A DNA stretch of 64,000 nt from the human T2T-CHM13v2.0 reference genome, Homo sapiens (GCF_009914755.1 NC_060927.1); one strand, 5' to 3'; shown: positions 13,801 to 27,430, counted from the first letter of the stretch. The notes: generated from the sequence alone by a model not told the origin. Numbers and translations: made by a program.

Positions 13801-14384
13801 AACATAACAAAATAACCTTTATCTCTAAGGAGATAAAAAGAACCCATATTGACAGGCCTCGTAAGCAATAATCTCCTCATGTGTGCAGTGCATGTCATAG
13901 GCAGTTCTCATGTTCTGAGAATCCTGTGATTCTGGGCCATCTTCCATCACAGACCTCGAGTTTACTTGGGCCACCTTTATGATCAATTACATTTTAAGAA
14001 GAGCCTTCTGACCTACATTCTCATGCTGAATGACTCATAAATAACTTTGAGATAATAAACTAGCCAGCATCATAACTTGGGTAACAAGAATATTCAGAAG
14101 AAAAGCACTTTAAAAATAAGAGAAATTAAACTAATCTTTAAAAAAAATCTCCCCAGAAGAGGTATATTTTACGGAGAAATTGTGCTGTTAACCCAGAGGA
14201 AGATCACATTATCTTGTTTTAATTACCTCCAATTCAAAGGTAAGTAACACAGAGAAGGATTTTCAGCATGATTCAACAGTAGAATCCAATGCATTTGAGT
14301 GTTTATTTTTTTATGTATTTGTGGTTAGGTCATTTATTGATTTGTTTTAGAATTTATCTCTGAATTTCTATAGATTATGATAAT

Positions 14385-14560
14385 TAATAATACAAATAAT
14401 AACATTAAGCATTTACTGAGTATTGACAATATGCTAGGCATCATGCAAAACACTTGGTTTTACCAGTATTGTCTCATTTAATCCTTACTACAACCCAGCA
14501 AGATAGGTGTTGCTATTATCTTCATTTCATAGAAAAGTAAACTGAAACATAATCATTTAT
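14385..14560 (-). mobile_element. MIR SINE
   Basis: catttactgagtattgacaatatgctaggca...tctcatttaatccttactacaaccc...aaactgaaac. Confidence 0.75.
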
Positions 14561-14589
14561 ACAACAATGTAACTATGTAACCACAATAT

Positions 14590-15500
14590 TGTAGAGACGA
14601 GTTAATGAACATCCACCATGAACAAAACAGACACATATCCTTGCCTTTGTAATGCTTATAGTCTAGTGAGAAACATGCATTGGAAAAATTAGTTATGGGC
14701 AGACGACTGACAAAACTCTCTGTCTTTGCTACATGAGAATCTGACTTTTGGCTAACTCTCTAGTTCTGTTCTCCTGGAAACCTGGTAAACATAGATTGTC
14801 TGCTACATTACTCAGCAACATTATCTATGATTAAAAAAAAGTGACCCCAGGTTGGTCAGTTGCATCTGGACTGGTGGGAAATGTAAAGAGACTATCAATA
14901 TGTCGTGGGAATGCCGTATTTTGGGTTTTACTGAATGTGGTGAATCTTGTTAATGAAGCATGTACTCTGTGCCAACCCTATGTGCTGCAGCCACAGAGTT
15001 GTTAAAAGAAATCCTAGCTTCTCTGACGGCATGAGCCTATTTGTCAGGATGGCCCCAACCCGTTCCCAGTGCAGATCTCATAGCCTAGCACCTGAACTTG
15101 CTCCTGGAGAGCTACATGGTCCGTTCTTGGGACTGCAGCAGGGGCTCCTGCTGAGAAGAGCTATTGATGCTTCCGTGCTGGCCAGCTGTGGTTCATTAAT
15201 ATCCTTCTGCATAGATGAGTTCCTGGTGTGTCATGTGATAGTCTTAGAATTCTGAATATTTAGCTAAATCTAAGGAGACTAATGAGTATTGTGATAGGCA
15301 AGACTGTGCATGGCAGATGGTGATAAGTTTTCTGATTAGCAAAGAGAGATAGAAAATGTCAAAGAGTGGAGGTTTAGTGGTGGAAATTAAAATAAACAAA
15401 AATTAACAGGGTAATCAGGGAGGATCTCACTGAGATGGGGACATTTTAAAAAATATGTGGGAAACATGTGCAGAACGTAGGAAGCAGCGAATACACATAC
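14590..15500 (-). mobile_element. Cluster of L2 fragments
   Basis: atgaacaaaacagacacatatcccttgcctttgtaatgcttatagtctagtg; cagatggtgataagt; aatcagggaggatctcactgagatggggacattt. Confidence 0.55.
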
Positions 15501-18500
15501 ACAAGTCCATGCAACTGTAATCTCTGTGAGGGCTGGAACTCTGTTTTGCTTCCCCACTTTTTCTCCAGAATATATTCTAGTTCTTGATGAGTAGTAGCTT
15601 AAAAAATGAATGAATAAGAGGTCAAGTTGGGTTTAGGAATATGAAAAATGTGACATCTTTATTTCCCCTAGGACACTTAGAAAATCAAAACAACGATTAA
15701 TAAAATCAAAGTTTCACAAGATCAAAGCAACTCTTGGTAAATAAAACAGCATTTTTTGACACCCTTGAAATTCTCCATTTATTTTTTTGCCATAGTGAGC
15801 TCATGGATCAGTTCAGGGTCTTTTTATATTTAAGAGTGTGGTTCACTCTCTCCATACACATGTCTCTCCTTCAGTGTCATCATGTAGGTGTACGTGTTAA
15901 TATCATCACATTTGATTCCTTATAAATATTCAGGGTTGAGAGGAAACAAAATCTTCAATTTTAAAGCAACTGTTTTGCCAATTTGAACTTTAATTCCTGT
16001 GGTAAGGAATTTGAACTGAATTTCAAATTCTATTCTTAAGAAATAGAATGTGCATTTCTATAGAGAACATCATTGGTGAGGTATGTAAATTTTCAAAAAT
16101 ACAAATTCATCAGAATGCAAAATCTCTCTGTAACTATGTTTTTAGATTTTACATATTGTAAATTTTATTTTTGATATCTACAACATGCAATTTTTGTGTT
16201 TGGATGAGTTTTAAGTGCAAGTGTGTATTATAGTAACTACTGATGAAATATACTAAATAAAATCATTATGCAAATCAACTTACATAGATCTATACTATTA
16301 AGATCATTAGTCTTTCTGATAAAAGATAAATCAATATGAAAAAATAACAATTCCTGTCATCAATTTAGAGTTTTTATATTGTTTGATATATATAAAATAA
16401 ATTATCATTTAAGACATATAATCTAAATAAAACAGAAGCATAGTTTTAATTTAAGAAATAATGGCTCTTAACAAAGTAAACATTATGGTGTAAGAGGTAA
16501 TAACTACAAATGGCTGCCTTAAATGTTGTGGCCATGAGTTCATTATTTTTTGTGCATAAAATAATGATTTTAATAAAAGTCTCGAGTTCATGTTCTGAAA
16601 GCTATTACCTTTCAGCTATTGCATATACCTCTTTGTCTAGAGGGCAAAGTGAACAACATCTCATATTTTTCTTAGGCACGATATGAAAGCATTAATTTCC
16701 TCCTGCTGCTTTGAAGGAACTCAGTGCTGTGGGGCAAGTCAATGCAAAATGATCACATTTTCACTCATAATCAATATAGCTAGGTGACAGTGGGCATCTA
16801 TTTTTCATCCAGCATCCAGTAAAGTAAAATGATATGTGGATTTTCTTCAAAAGAGATTCTTTTAGGAAACCCAAGTGAAAATAGCGTTCTTAGCAAGCCA
16901 CTGAGAAAGTTAGTTATTACTGCAATTCCTTGGCAGCCAAGACAGATGTGAGTTTAGCCGTTCCTTTTCTCTTCTTCTATCTCTCTCAGTGGGATAATTT
17001 GAAAATCTGTAACTTTACTGAAGGAGTTGGCTATGAATCATAAATGACAGAATTAGTATTTAAGGATAATATATTTAGTCCTTGTAGTGTCTCTGTGGAC
17101 TCCTTGACTTCTAAGCACCCATTATGTTTTAAGTGAAGAGCATAGATCTGCATTTTGTGCTGAAAAAAAAAATGTAATTACCAAATCACTGTAGGTTCAT
17201 TTTTTCTAAGGCATGTATTTCTTGAGAGATTTTCTAAAATACGAATGAGCTAAATTATAGAAAATGTTTCCAATTGCCATTAGCTGGTTTTGACTGAAAA
17301 GCAGTGGATATTTTATGTTGAAATTGAAATATTAGGATACTTGAAGAAAATGACTAACAATAAAAAACCTAACTTTCATAAACTCTACATTATAGAATCC
17401 TGTAAATTTTATACTTGTGCCAAAAAAGTACATTTTAATTGTTAAAAATCTGCAAAATTTCTGATTTTTTTCTCTAAAAAAATTTTCACTTATTAAAATG
17501 TTTTGGAATATGGCTTACCAAAAACGTAAGAGAAAGAAGGAAGGAAGGGAGGGAGGAAATGAAGGTGTGATAGGACTCTTCAGGCTGGCTAACGGCAAGT
17601 GCAGAAATTACTTTGCTTCTGTAGCCTTTTGGTCATGTTGCCATGGATTCTCCACTTGATATATTGGCCAAATTTTCAGCAATCTTCTCAGAATAGTTTT
17701 CGTCTGTAGGTAAGGGAGAGGATCATAGATAATGATTCTTATTTTGTTTTCTGAGGTTCCAGATAGCGTGGATCTGCAAACAGCATTGGGCTCATAGCCT
17801 CATGCATAGTCCTGTGTGTTTTTTAACCACCAGAATCCACATTAAGAAGATCGACTAGAACGTATTTCTGTAATTGTTTATCATTCAATTCCTTGGAACC
17901 CATGAATCCTTGCGCAATTCTTTCAGCTTTATTTGTTTTGAAGTCTAGGTACTGACTGAAGGGATTGTGCTTCTTGATTTATTTAGGGATGCCGGTTGGG
18001 AAGAAAAATATTGTGATTGATTTCAGGCTCAATAGAATCACCACATTTAAAAACATTATCTTTTGCTGTTTATAAATAATACACACATTCTTTCCATAAA
18101 AGAGTCAACCAACCAATGTCTATGTGGAACTAAACATGAAAACTGCTCTTTGTCTGCTCTCTGCAACTTCAAGACTCTAGAGCTAAATATTCTTGCAATA
18201 TTGTATGTATCTTTCCATTCCAATTTCTGTCCATTTGCAAACCTTTTGTTCATACAAAGATAGTAAATTTTACTTAAAAAGTATCATATTGAATAGAGTT
18301 GAACATAATTTTTGTTTATTTGTAAAAGAAGAATAACAATATGTATTTCATAGAGTTATTGGGGGATATTAAGGAAAATATAAAAGGAAAAAGATGATCC
18401 TGGCATAAAATATGCACTGAAGCCATTACTATGTTATACAAAGATGACTCTTTCTAGGGCGTAATTTTCTAGAAGAGGTATTTGGATCAAAGGACAAACA

Positions 18501-19306
18501 TACTTGTAACTCAGAAAGATAAGAGCAAATTGCTTTATGGTAACTCTATCTCAGTAAGGAACACCGTACTTTCTGATTTTCCTGGACTCTTCAATACTGG
18601 GTTAAGTTCTCCTCATTTAACATGGATTTATTATGTGCCTATGATGTACCAAGTACCTGTTAAGCATATAGGATACAATTGTGAGCAAAGCGGGCATGGT
18701 CGTGGCTCACTGAATTTACAACTTAGTAATAAATAAGTAAATTAACAAGATAATTGAAAACATTTTAATTGTAAAGAGTGCTGTGTATAAAAAAAAAACA
18801 GAGAGCCAAGGAAGCAAAGTATGTGCTTTGTATAAAAGAACCGAGAGGCAAGAAAACGTGTAACAGGGAAACAGGTCCTGTCCAGAAAGCCGGTAATCGT
18901 CACAGAGTTAATATTAATTTGGGCTACCGTGGAGGAAAGATGTGATGAGATTACTTCTCAAAGGAATTATTATTGTTTTAGTATTACATTGGATATAGGT
19001 ATAATGTTAATCAATATTATCATCATAGTTGTGAAAAAAATTGAGATAACAACTAGGTTTCCATCTTGCAACACTATACAGACAGCAGTGCCAACCTTTA
19101 TGAGAAGGGACAATGGAGTAAGTTCAAGCTGGGAGGGGACGATCACACTTTTAGATATAAAAACATTGAATTTGCAACACTAAAAGGGAGATGTCAAATA
19201 TAAAGTATTCAGAACTCAGGAGAGGTCTAAGCTGGAGATATACATTTTGGAGTCATGATTTTAAAGTGGTAACGGAAGCCATGAGGACAGGTGAGATTAT
19301 GTAGTT

Positions 19307-19872
19307 ATTTATTTATTTATTTTTTATACTTGAAGTTTTGGGGTACATGTGCACAATGTGCAGGTTTGTCACATACGTATACATGTGCCATGTTGGTGTG
19401 CTGCACCCATTAACTCGTCATTTACATGAGGTATATCTCCTAATGCTATCCCTCCCCCCTCCCCCCACCCCACCAACCCCACAAGAGGCCCTGGGGTGTG
19501 ATGTTCCCCTTCCTGTGTCCAAGTGTTCCCATTGTACCCCGGGGTGTGATGTTCCCCTTCCTGTGTCCCTGTGTTCCCATTATACCCCGGGGTGTGATGT
19601 TCCCCTTCCTGTGTCCATGTTTTCCCATTGTACCCCAGGGTGTGATGTTCCCCTTCCTGTGTCCAAGTGTTCCCATTGTACCCCAGGGTGTGATGTTCCC
19701 CTTCCTGTGTCCAAGTGTTCCCATTATACCCCGGGGTGTGATGTTCCCCTTCCTGTGTCCATGTGTTCCCATTGTACCCCGGGGTGTGATGTTCCCCTTC
19801 CTGTGTCCATGTGTTCCCATTGTACCCCGGGGTGTGATGTTCCCCTTCCTGTGTCCATGTGTTCCCATTGTA
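19307..19872 (-). mobile_element. Short 5'-truncated L1PA4/5-like insertion whose 5'-most 48 bp are tandemly amplified
   Basis: Reverse L1PA 3'UTR (tatacttgaagttttggggtacatgtgcac...ctatccctcccccctccccccacc) with a (TTTA)n tail. Candidate TSD tgtagtt(a/c)ttt at 19300-19310 and 19869-19879. Confidence 0.9.
19489..19872. repeat. 48-bp minisatellite/VNTR, 8 copies
   Basis: Unit ccccggggtgtgatgttccccttcctgtgtccatgtgttcccattgta; copies start at 19489+48n; copies 6-8 are identical. Confidence 0.97.
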
Positions 19873-19884
19873 GTTCTTTTAAGT

Positions 19885-20172
19885 CTGGAGCTGCATCGTT
19901 TAATGTAGGAAACACTACCACACGAGGCTACTAAGCCCTTGAGATGTGGCTAGTTTGAATCTGAAATCACATCAGATTTTGAAGACTTGCGTGGAAACAA
20001 GGAATGTAAAACATCTCAGTAATACATATATTGGTTGCATTTTGAAGGATAACATTTGGATATACTGGACTATTTTATTAGTTTCTTTTTATATTTTTGA
20101 TGTAGCTACTAGAACATGTAAAATTTCGAAGGACATTTGTGACTATACTTCTATTGGATACCAGGGTTATAG
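19885..20172. mobile_element. MER33-like hAT-Charlie DNA transposon
   Basis: ggctactaagcccttgagatgtggctagtttgaa...cacatcagattttgaagactt...gatgtagctactagaa...cttctattggata. Confidence 0.75.
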
Positions 20173-20544
20173 TGAGAAAAAATAATACCTGTACTTGAAC
20201 TTTGATAAAATCAATATTTAACAGCTTGGTAGAGAATTATTATCTCCAAAATCATTATTTAAGAGCAGTCAAAGTAGTAACAGAAAAGTCATACTCACTT
20301 GGAGGCAAAGAAAAGAGTATGTTTCAAGATAAAATGTTCTACAGTAAGGAATTCTCAGAGGTCAAGAAAGATACAGATTGAAAAGTGTGCATTGGATTTA
20401 GTGATTATGAATACTTTTGAAGATAGTAACATTTATTTTGGTAGAAGGGATGAGAGAAAACCAGCTTTTCAATGTTGATGAATGAACTGAGCGTCAATAT
20501 TTGGAGATTAAGAGTGTAGACAAATCTCTACAATTTGGCTATAA

Positions 20545-20884
<340 letters not shown>

Positions 20885-23800
20885 AGACCTGACCATGTTT
20901 AAAAGCCAAGAGAGTTATCCAGAAAAGAAGGGAAGTTTCCAGGTACAGGAGAAAGTCGAGGTAATGAATGATTTATAGTTTCTGGGAAGCACAGTAGCAG
21001 AGTCCTCCTACCAGAGCACTCGCCACATTTTAAATAACTGTGTGCTTTCTTGTCTATGTATATCATTAGATTATAATGAGGAAAAGAAGATAGGAGCTGT
21101 TTCTTCTCCTTTGCCTGGACACCTACTCTGAAGTGTTCTGTACTTAGTATAGTTTTAAAATAGGTTTCTAACTGAAGAAAACAGAGGTGTTACATGTAGT
21201 TGGAGTCTGCAACGCACCCTCTGCTCACAATACACAGCTCTTAAATGTGAAATGTTTGTTAATGAAGAGATTAGAATTATTCTTCGTAATGCTCAGTGGC
21301 AAAGAAAGGGGAGAGGACCGTTATCATTATGTTTTTATACTGATTACGTTTACAGACTGTCCACGTACATACTGGACCACAGACACCTGTGGATACTGGG
21401 AGCTGGGAAGCTTAGGAGAAAGGGTCAAGAAAAAGGTCCATTTGAAAAGGTTACTTAAAAAGAGGTGAACAAATATCAAACCACGTTTCCTTTGCAGGCC
21501 ATCAAATCTACGCAGGTGTTGTACTGCGTTTCTTGATGTCCATTATCACTTTATTCTAGGCTCCGGCTAGGTGAAGTCAATTTGTCCCTTTCCATTTTGA
21601 AGATGACTCCTGGTGGGGCTGCTGCTGTTGACGCAGTGCTTATGCCGAAGTTGATTTCCAGGACATACGAGCCCCAGTGAACATAAAAAACCATCTCAGG
21701 TTTGAGAGGGACTTGATGGTTGGGCTTTTCTCATTTTTCCCCTTCCCTTGGTGCATGTTTCACTTTCCCTGTAAGGTATCTTCTCTACTGGCCTTAGACA
21801 TGAGAGGAATATACGACATCCAGAGAACTGTCTTTTCTGAACCCTGGTCTCTTTAGCTTATAGGCCAGTGTGTTCATTATTTCCTAGAAAACAAATCTGG
21901 AGAAAATATACAACTTCTAGAGACACCACATTTTAAAAAGATAACATTTAATGAACACTTAAATCTTTCATACAGTGATTTAAACCTTTTAGCTTTAGCA
22001 AATCTAAATAACTTAGTAACTATAAGCTGGAGATCTAGAGTCAAAGTACTGAAGCCAGAAAGCTGTTTTACTTACATAACACCAAGAATAGCAAAGCCAG
22101 TGATCTTAGGAAGTAGGTTGAAGGCATTAAAATGTTATTTTAAAACTATAAAGGAAAGAAGAGGGTGGTAGATAGTATACAGACTTGAGACTTGGCCTCA
22201 AATACCCTTGAAATAAGCAACTGTGGCTTTGTCAAGTTAAACCTCCCTTGGCCTCAATTTCCTCCTATGGAAAGTTAATTGGTTGGATTAATTGTCAATA
22301 ATGTCATTCATAGCCATAAAATGATGGAATTTCTAATGAATTCCAATCAACATCTTTCATGCTTAAAATAATCATCTTAGCAAGTAGGCTACTAAATAGT
22401 AAATGATGAATTATGTAAGTGGAAAAGGACACTATCACACATTTTCAGTGAAATCTTTATGAGAGACATCTCTTTAAATTTCCTTTTAAAACATTTCTAG
22501 CGAGTATGATGGAGGGCTAATTAGATGTTAATTGTTCATGTCTACTGATTAGGAAACTTAGGAAGTGTTTTAGAGCAGTGACTTAATAAGGAATGACACT
22601 TGAATCTTACCCATAATTAGCTTATTAAATTTGGCTGCAGTTTGAATCTGTACTATGGGAATGATTTAAAGAGATTAATCTTTTTCAAGGACCAAGTTAA
22701 GTGCTGATAAGTTACCCAAGAACACCTTCCAAACTGAAGGAGACAATGATGACTTTGATTCTCTATGATTTATTTATATGTTTGCCAGGGTAAAGAGAAA
22801 AGCAAGAGACCTAGCCTTTAGGTGGGTCATAAGCTCTCAGTATCAGCTTTCAAATGGTTACACAGGTAACACCCTTGTGCTTCTTTTAATGGGAAAAATT
22901 TCATGGTACCAAACAATGAAAAATCAATTTTTTCAGCCTGTACTTAGAAAAAAAAAAACACTATTCTGTTCTTTATAAAAAATTGTTGGATATAAATCCC
23001 CCTATCACCCAAATTGACAGCGCTCTGCCAACAGCAGAGGAAACAGAATTAAGCAAGAATTGCACACCTTCTATAAAGAAAATAACAAAAATATTTTCAA
23101 GAATAATATAACAAATTCTTGTATACCTAATATCCAGCTTAAGAAATGGAACATGTTGAACTGTAGTAAGACTTCTGTTTAGCCTGAGGCTTGTAGCATA
23201 TTATTCTCAAGCATATCCATGCTTTTACTACATGTATCTGTATCCCTAGATGATATATTTATATTTCTTCATTGTTGGAATTTGATACAGCTTAATAAAA
23301 ACATTTTCCCTGCTTGAATTCAGAACCAATGGAAAGGTTGACTAAGAAGTCAGGTGGATACAGATATCTTGATACCTGGCTTACAGGGTGAGGAGTCTTT
23401 GTGCAGCAACAATATACTTATGAGTTCTGAACTGTAGAAATAGAGTAACCTACACGTTCATTAGAAGGAGAGAACACTTGCAGACCTTCCCATGGGGAGT
23501 AAAATGGTATTGCCTATAAGAGCAAACCAGAATGCGTCTCTGTGAGGGCAGCTGAGTCCAATAAGGAGAAGGAATATGGATCAAAGGATTTTCAGCAACC
23601 AAAAAAAAAGACACAGGTAACACCAGGGAATTCCTTTGTTCATAATTAACAAAGATTATCACCTACTTCCAATAGGGTGGAAGGAAAAGTTATTTCATAA
23701 TACCACTGTACAATGGTTTCAGTTATTACATTAAATTTATGTCTTTACAGTTCTAGTAATGTATACACCATTTCATTTCAGGTTAGAGGTTCAATATTCT

Positions 23801-24829
23801 GTGCCACTTTTAGAAATGTCTAAGTTAAATGATCTCTCGAGATAATGTTATGTTATGGATTAGTGAACTAAGTGGGCCCTGTTTGACTGGTAGAGACGAT
23901 ATTCTTTTACATAGAGTTGGAAAAGGCAAACATGTAGAGATGCTGACAAAATTCTGTCATATGTGGCTTATTTTTGTCTGGCTGTGCTGTATATTCCAGT
24001 TGGATAACCCAGAGTGAAGCATGTTTTTTACCTGCAACAGAAGCAATTTTACAAACATAAAAGCAAAATAATCTCAATCTGCGTGATATTATATATTTGA
24101 ACATTCATTCAAAGTAAGAACATATATACACATATAGGTTGATAAACGCACTGTGCATTAATTCAAAAATAAGAAAATATACATGTATATATAGTCCCAA
24201 AGTTTGCATTACTACATAACTTTTACATATTTGCTTGGACTTGAATAGAACGTCTTGTCTTTCCCACTATTTTCATGACACTCATAGTTTTATTTGGTTG
24301 TTGAAGGGTTTCGAGCCATGGATTATGTACCTTCAGAGACCAGATAAATTTACTCTCTTCCATGGCCTCAAATAATACTTTAAACTTGAAAACCCATTTT
24401 CAAATTATGAATTGAATGAGAGAAGGCAAGATGAGCCAAACAATTCCATAAGCACTTGAGGAAAACAGAAGAGCATTTACATTTTGGAAAAAGGTTATTA
24501 GGACAATAATACAGTTATTAATTATTTGTAATGATATTTGATTTATTTATAATGGAAGGGTAATACCACAGCCCTTTTCTGTCTGATGAATAGGGAAAAT
24601 GCTAAGGGGCTTACTAGGCTGCGTGCATAATTCTTCCCTTGTTTGCTACCACAAGGGGTACTCTTGATGCTGTTTGAAAGCAATCCTTGAGTGTGGTATC
24701 TGAAAATCATCCAGTAAGATATCCTCTTTGTGTAGGTGTAGATATATCTCTGTACATATTCATCATTGTAAGACAAAATAGGTAATGGAATTAATAAAAA
24801 ATAAAGCTGAAATATTAGTCAATGGAAAA

Positions 24830-25100
24830 CTTTCTGCATCACATTTGTATAGCTTTCAAAAACATTCTCATTTGAAGCTCACAATAAAATGAGAAGATGT
24901 TATCTCCAGTTTAGAGGAAGAAACTGGCAGGTATTTGTTCAAGTTGAGGTAGTTATTGTTACTACTCCATCACAGAGATGAACAAGCTAAGGCACAGAGA
25001 CTTAGGTTATTTACTCAAGGTCGCATAGTAAAGTGAATGGAAAGTTAATTATGAGCCTGGGTGTCCAAACTTTGGAGCCTGTGTGTGTCACCTCTAGACT
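24830..25100 (-). mobile_element. MIR fragments
   Basis: acagagatgaacaagctaaggcacagagacttaggttatttactcaaggtcgcatag. Confidence 0.65.
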
Positions 25101-25904
25101 GTACCATAGGGCCAATGGGAAGGCAAACTTCATCCAGGTCAAAATATATTTACCATATTATTCAAAATATACTCTAGAACAACTCTCAGAGAACCAAATC
25201 CATTGACTTGTCTCCTTAGCATTTTATTTTCTGAATCATGTGATGCCTTTGGACAAATTCTCTTTTTAAAACTCCTTTTTTTAACTTCATGTGGGTGAAA
25301 ATAATGTTACATTTGCATAGCATTTTTCCCTTCCTTTGCATACGCTATTTTATTTTATGTATAGAGTTTGAGTTGTGTTGGAAAAGGCTTGTGATTACTA
25401 TTGTGGAAATAAAGAAATTAAGGTACAGACATGTTCAAAGACACAGTTACACAATTATACTCAAAATTACACAGTTGAAGTGCATAAATCACATCTGAAA
25501 TCCCTATTTTATGATACCTGGTCACTAACGGTTTCTGTTACAAAATGTTTCCTCTTTATATTTTTCTTATTTTTCCCACATGAATGAATTAGAAACTCAA
25601 AGTTAATATTTGTTTTACTCATATTATACCAACTCTAAATTTCTTAATTATAATTGAATTTCACTGAGATTGAGTTATGAGTAATTGTTGCCATTTTATG
25701 TGAAGGCATATTAGCTGTTTGTACTGTTCAGAAATGTATAGGTAACCACCACAAAATCAGGATAAATTATAATGCATTTTAAGATGTGGTACCTGTATTA
25801 TATTAGAAAGAATAGCATACTCTTTTTATTAGATGCTCTATCTACGTGTGTAATACTAGCAATGTATAATTTATTTCTCAATCTTTCTGACTTTGTAACA
25901 GCCT

Positions 25905-25937
25905 ACTGCCATCTACTGGGTTGTGTTCGGAACTGCG
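25905..25937 (-). promoter_or_regulatory. Candidate CTCF binding site with upstream module
   Basis: Minus strand cGCAGTTCC-gaacacaac-CCAGTAGATGGCAGT: the core fits CCASYAGRKGGCRS and the TGCAG-type upstream module is at the expected spacing. Several CpGs are retained nearby. Confidence 0.7.
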
Positions 25938-26113
25938 ATGCTAATCATCTTCCTGCGTATGAGTTTAGGATCTGATAGTTTGACGTTGAAATTTTTAGTG
26001 ATTTTTAAACTTTTTGCTCATCTTATAAATTCTGAAAGTTTTTAATGAAAGATTGGTTTAGTTGTTATTATTTAGCATCATTTCTAATTTCATGGCATAG
26101 AAAAATTGGAATT

Positions 26114-26231
26114 CAAATCTCACCAATAAATTACATTGAATATCATCACTGTAACTCTTATATTCATATCAACAAATCTCACCAATAAATTACATTGAAT
26201 ATCATCACTGTGACTCTTATATTCATATCAA
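26114..26231. repeat. 59-bp tandem duplication (2 copies, 1 mismatch)
   Basis: caaatctcaccaataaattacattgaatatcatcactgt(a/g)actcttatattcatatcaa at 26114 and 26173. Confidence 0.95.
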
Positions 26232-27430
26232 CTATTTTTTGTTTTATTTAGGTCCTAGAATTTATTCTATAAAGATTTTGTCCAAATTTTTTATCCATCT
26301 TTGTTTTGAATTATATCTATACTATGGATACTTTTCCCATTAAAAGTGGGATGTAAGGTCTTAAAGTAGCCCAAATTTTCCTCAATTCTTCATAGTTAAT
26401 GAAGAAGTGAGAATAATATCTGACATTACTATATTCAAAAATAAGTATAATTACAAATAGTTTTTTTAAGTAATTCATTGAACACAAATTACTATGTATT
26501 ACCAAATTCTGTTGATAGAATTTAACTTAATTAGAATTTTGTTTTTATTTATATTTTTAAATTAAGTATTATTTTGATTGTAAAATAGGATAGAAGTCTA
26601 ATGAGGTTACATACAGATATCTATTTTATTGATTTTAGTTATTAATTTATCAATTATTAAAATGTAATTTTATTAGATTACTATTAATGTATTGATTTTA
26701 GTTATATAAGGTTATATGATAATAATTTTTATTACACGTATATGCTAAGTTTTTCAAGTATTTCTCTGTATCTTTTTTCGCAAGTAATATCTAACGTGAA
26801 GAAAATGTTCTCTAAAATCATTAATAATGCTGCTACTGGTTTTTAAATAACCTACAATATTGAAATTATTGCTAGAAGTTTCTGATACTACTCATAGTCA
26901 AACTCACAAGCACAATAAAGTGTATAATATAATAAACTATCGCATGGATAGTGTTTCATAAATGAGTTTTGTAATTACATTTTCCCAGATGAAAATGCTT
27001 TTTTTCATAGTTACATTATAATGCTTCTTTTGAGTTGCAGAGAAAACTATGACTGATTGGTAGGAACAAAATTAGAGGCCATAATACCTTTTAAAAAAAC
27101 TAAAGAATTAAAATCATGGCAGTATGGGTTTGAAAATTTAGAAGGGTAGAGAAACGCAAGATGTCAGGTACCACTACTACTAATAATACCATATGTGGCT
27201 TGTGAGATAAAATATGCATGGTAAAGCAGGCATCACCCTAAGGAGCTTCTTCTGCAGACACCTTGGAGTCACCACTTTTTCCTCCTTAACTCCACACGTA
27301 ATCATTTACTGAGAATGTGTTGACTGTGCCTCCTGCTTTCAATGTTTTTCATTTCTTTTTCCACTGGCTCTTTACTCTGGTGCTGTTCCCATGTTTCTCT
27401 TGAGATTGCAGTAACTTATTTTTTCAGAAA

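Noticed and set aside
14947-15255. 102-aa ORF in a GC-elevated patch
   Set aside because: Its start overlaps an L2-like 3' end, it has no recognisable domain and no convincing splice context.
26627-26705. 16-bp direct repeat tattgattttagttat, 63 bp apart
   Set aside because: Very AT-rich low-complexity context with no insert hallmark between the copies.
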